NCBI GenBank assembly: GCA_963514005.1
Contig: OY740794.1
Span: forward strand, 53,444,001 to 53,508,000
Length of the DNA: 64,000 bases
Reading direction: 5' to 3'
Source of the DNA: Raja brachyura
Lineage: Eukaryota
Position 1 is the first letter of the stretch. Each line of letters starts with the position of its first letter. A model generated the notes under the pieces. It searched no databases. It saw only the letters and a list, made by a program, of their open reading frames with translations, and was not told the origin of the DNA. Below, in pieces: positions 63,251 through 64,000 of this stretch. The position numbers and the translations under genes were made by a program.

Positions 63251-64000
63251 GACACAATTCAAAAAAACACCTGTTAATTTACTGCGAGTGTTATTCATCG
63301 GGACAATGCGCCACAAATTTTACTCTCGTGGGGTCATTTTTAAAGACGCGATCTCTGCTGCTTCTGAAATATAGGGTTAATATGGGCTTCCGAAATATGG
63401 CTTAAAATAGAGTTGTGGACATTCGTGATTCCGCAAAGAATGTAAAATAAATGTAATCAGATTTTAAAAAACCTGTTGTGGTTGGTAAGGGAAACGGTGC
63501 CAATGCTTTGCAAATAGAACATGGGCTGAGCACGTGAACAGCCCTGCCTGAAGAAGGGCCTCACCCGAACATCAGCTATCCATGTTCTTCAGAGATGCTG
63601 CCTGACCTGCTGAGTTGCTCCAGCACTTTGTGTCCCTTTGTGTTTTAACCAGCATCTGCCGTTCTTTATCTCTACATGAACAGGCCCTTCGGCCCACAAT
63701 GTATGTGCCAAGCATGATGTCAAGATAATCTGATCTCCCTTGCCTGCACACAATCCATATCCATCCATTGGCTTCATATCCATTAGATCAGAACTATTAA
63801 GTAATTCGCTCGATTTTTCATTTCCAAGCAAAATAAGCGATAGGGTGGTGGAGAGATCTAGTCAGTGAAGAGTTGGGATTGTTGGTCAATGGGACAGTTT
63901 CTTTTTATCTCCCTTGATTCACGTCCAGCGCTCGCATGGTGCGTGCAAATCCATGGAAACTGGTGCCAAAGTACATCTCAAGGGAATAACCACTCTTCCC

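Overview
Eukaryotic, repeat-dense window, most likely from a cartilaginous fish (skate/ray), inferred from HE1/V-SINE-type SINEs and CR1/HER1-type LINE 3' fragments. The only host coding sequence I recognise is the first coding exon of a DOCK-D/zizimin gene (DOCK10-like; minus strand, 62629-62736). I found no exon 2, so most of 1-62628 is probably intron 1. The intron holds two DIRS tyrosine-recombinase retrotransposons, an IR/DR Tc1 transposon, an old Helitron helicase fossil, Penelope, Tx1, L1, Rex and CR1 fragments, and many SINEs. The strongest finding is a ~140-bp retroposon with target-site duplications (TSDs), present twice, whose 5' end is a complete minimal HDV/CPEB3-like ribozyme fold starting at the element boundary. 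Also notable are many Penelope-derived units with a hammerhead-core consensus and a composite GC-rich retroposon family with co-varying 3' hairpins. All calls were made by eye without database searches; repeat boundaries are approximate.
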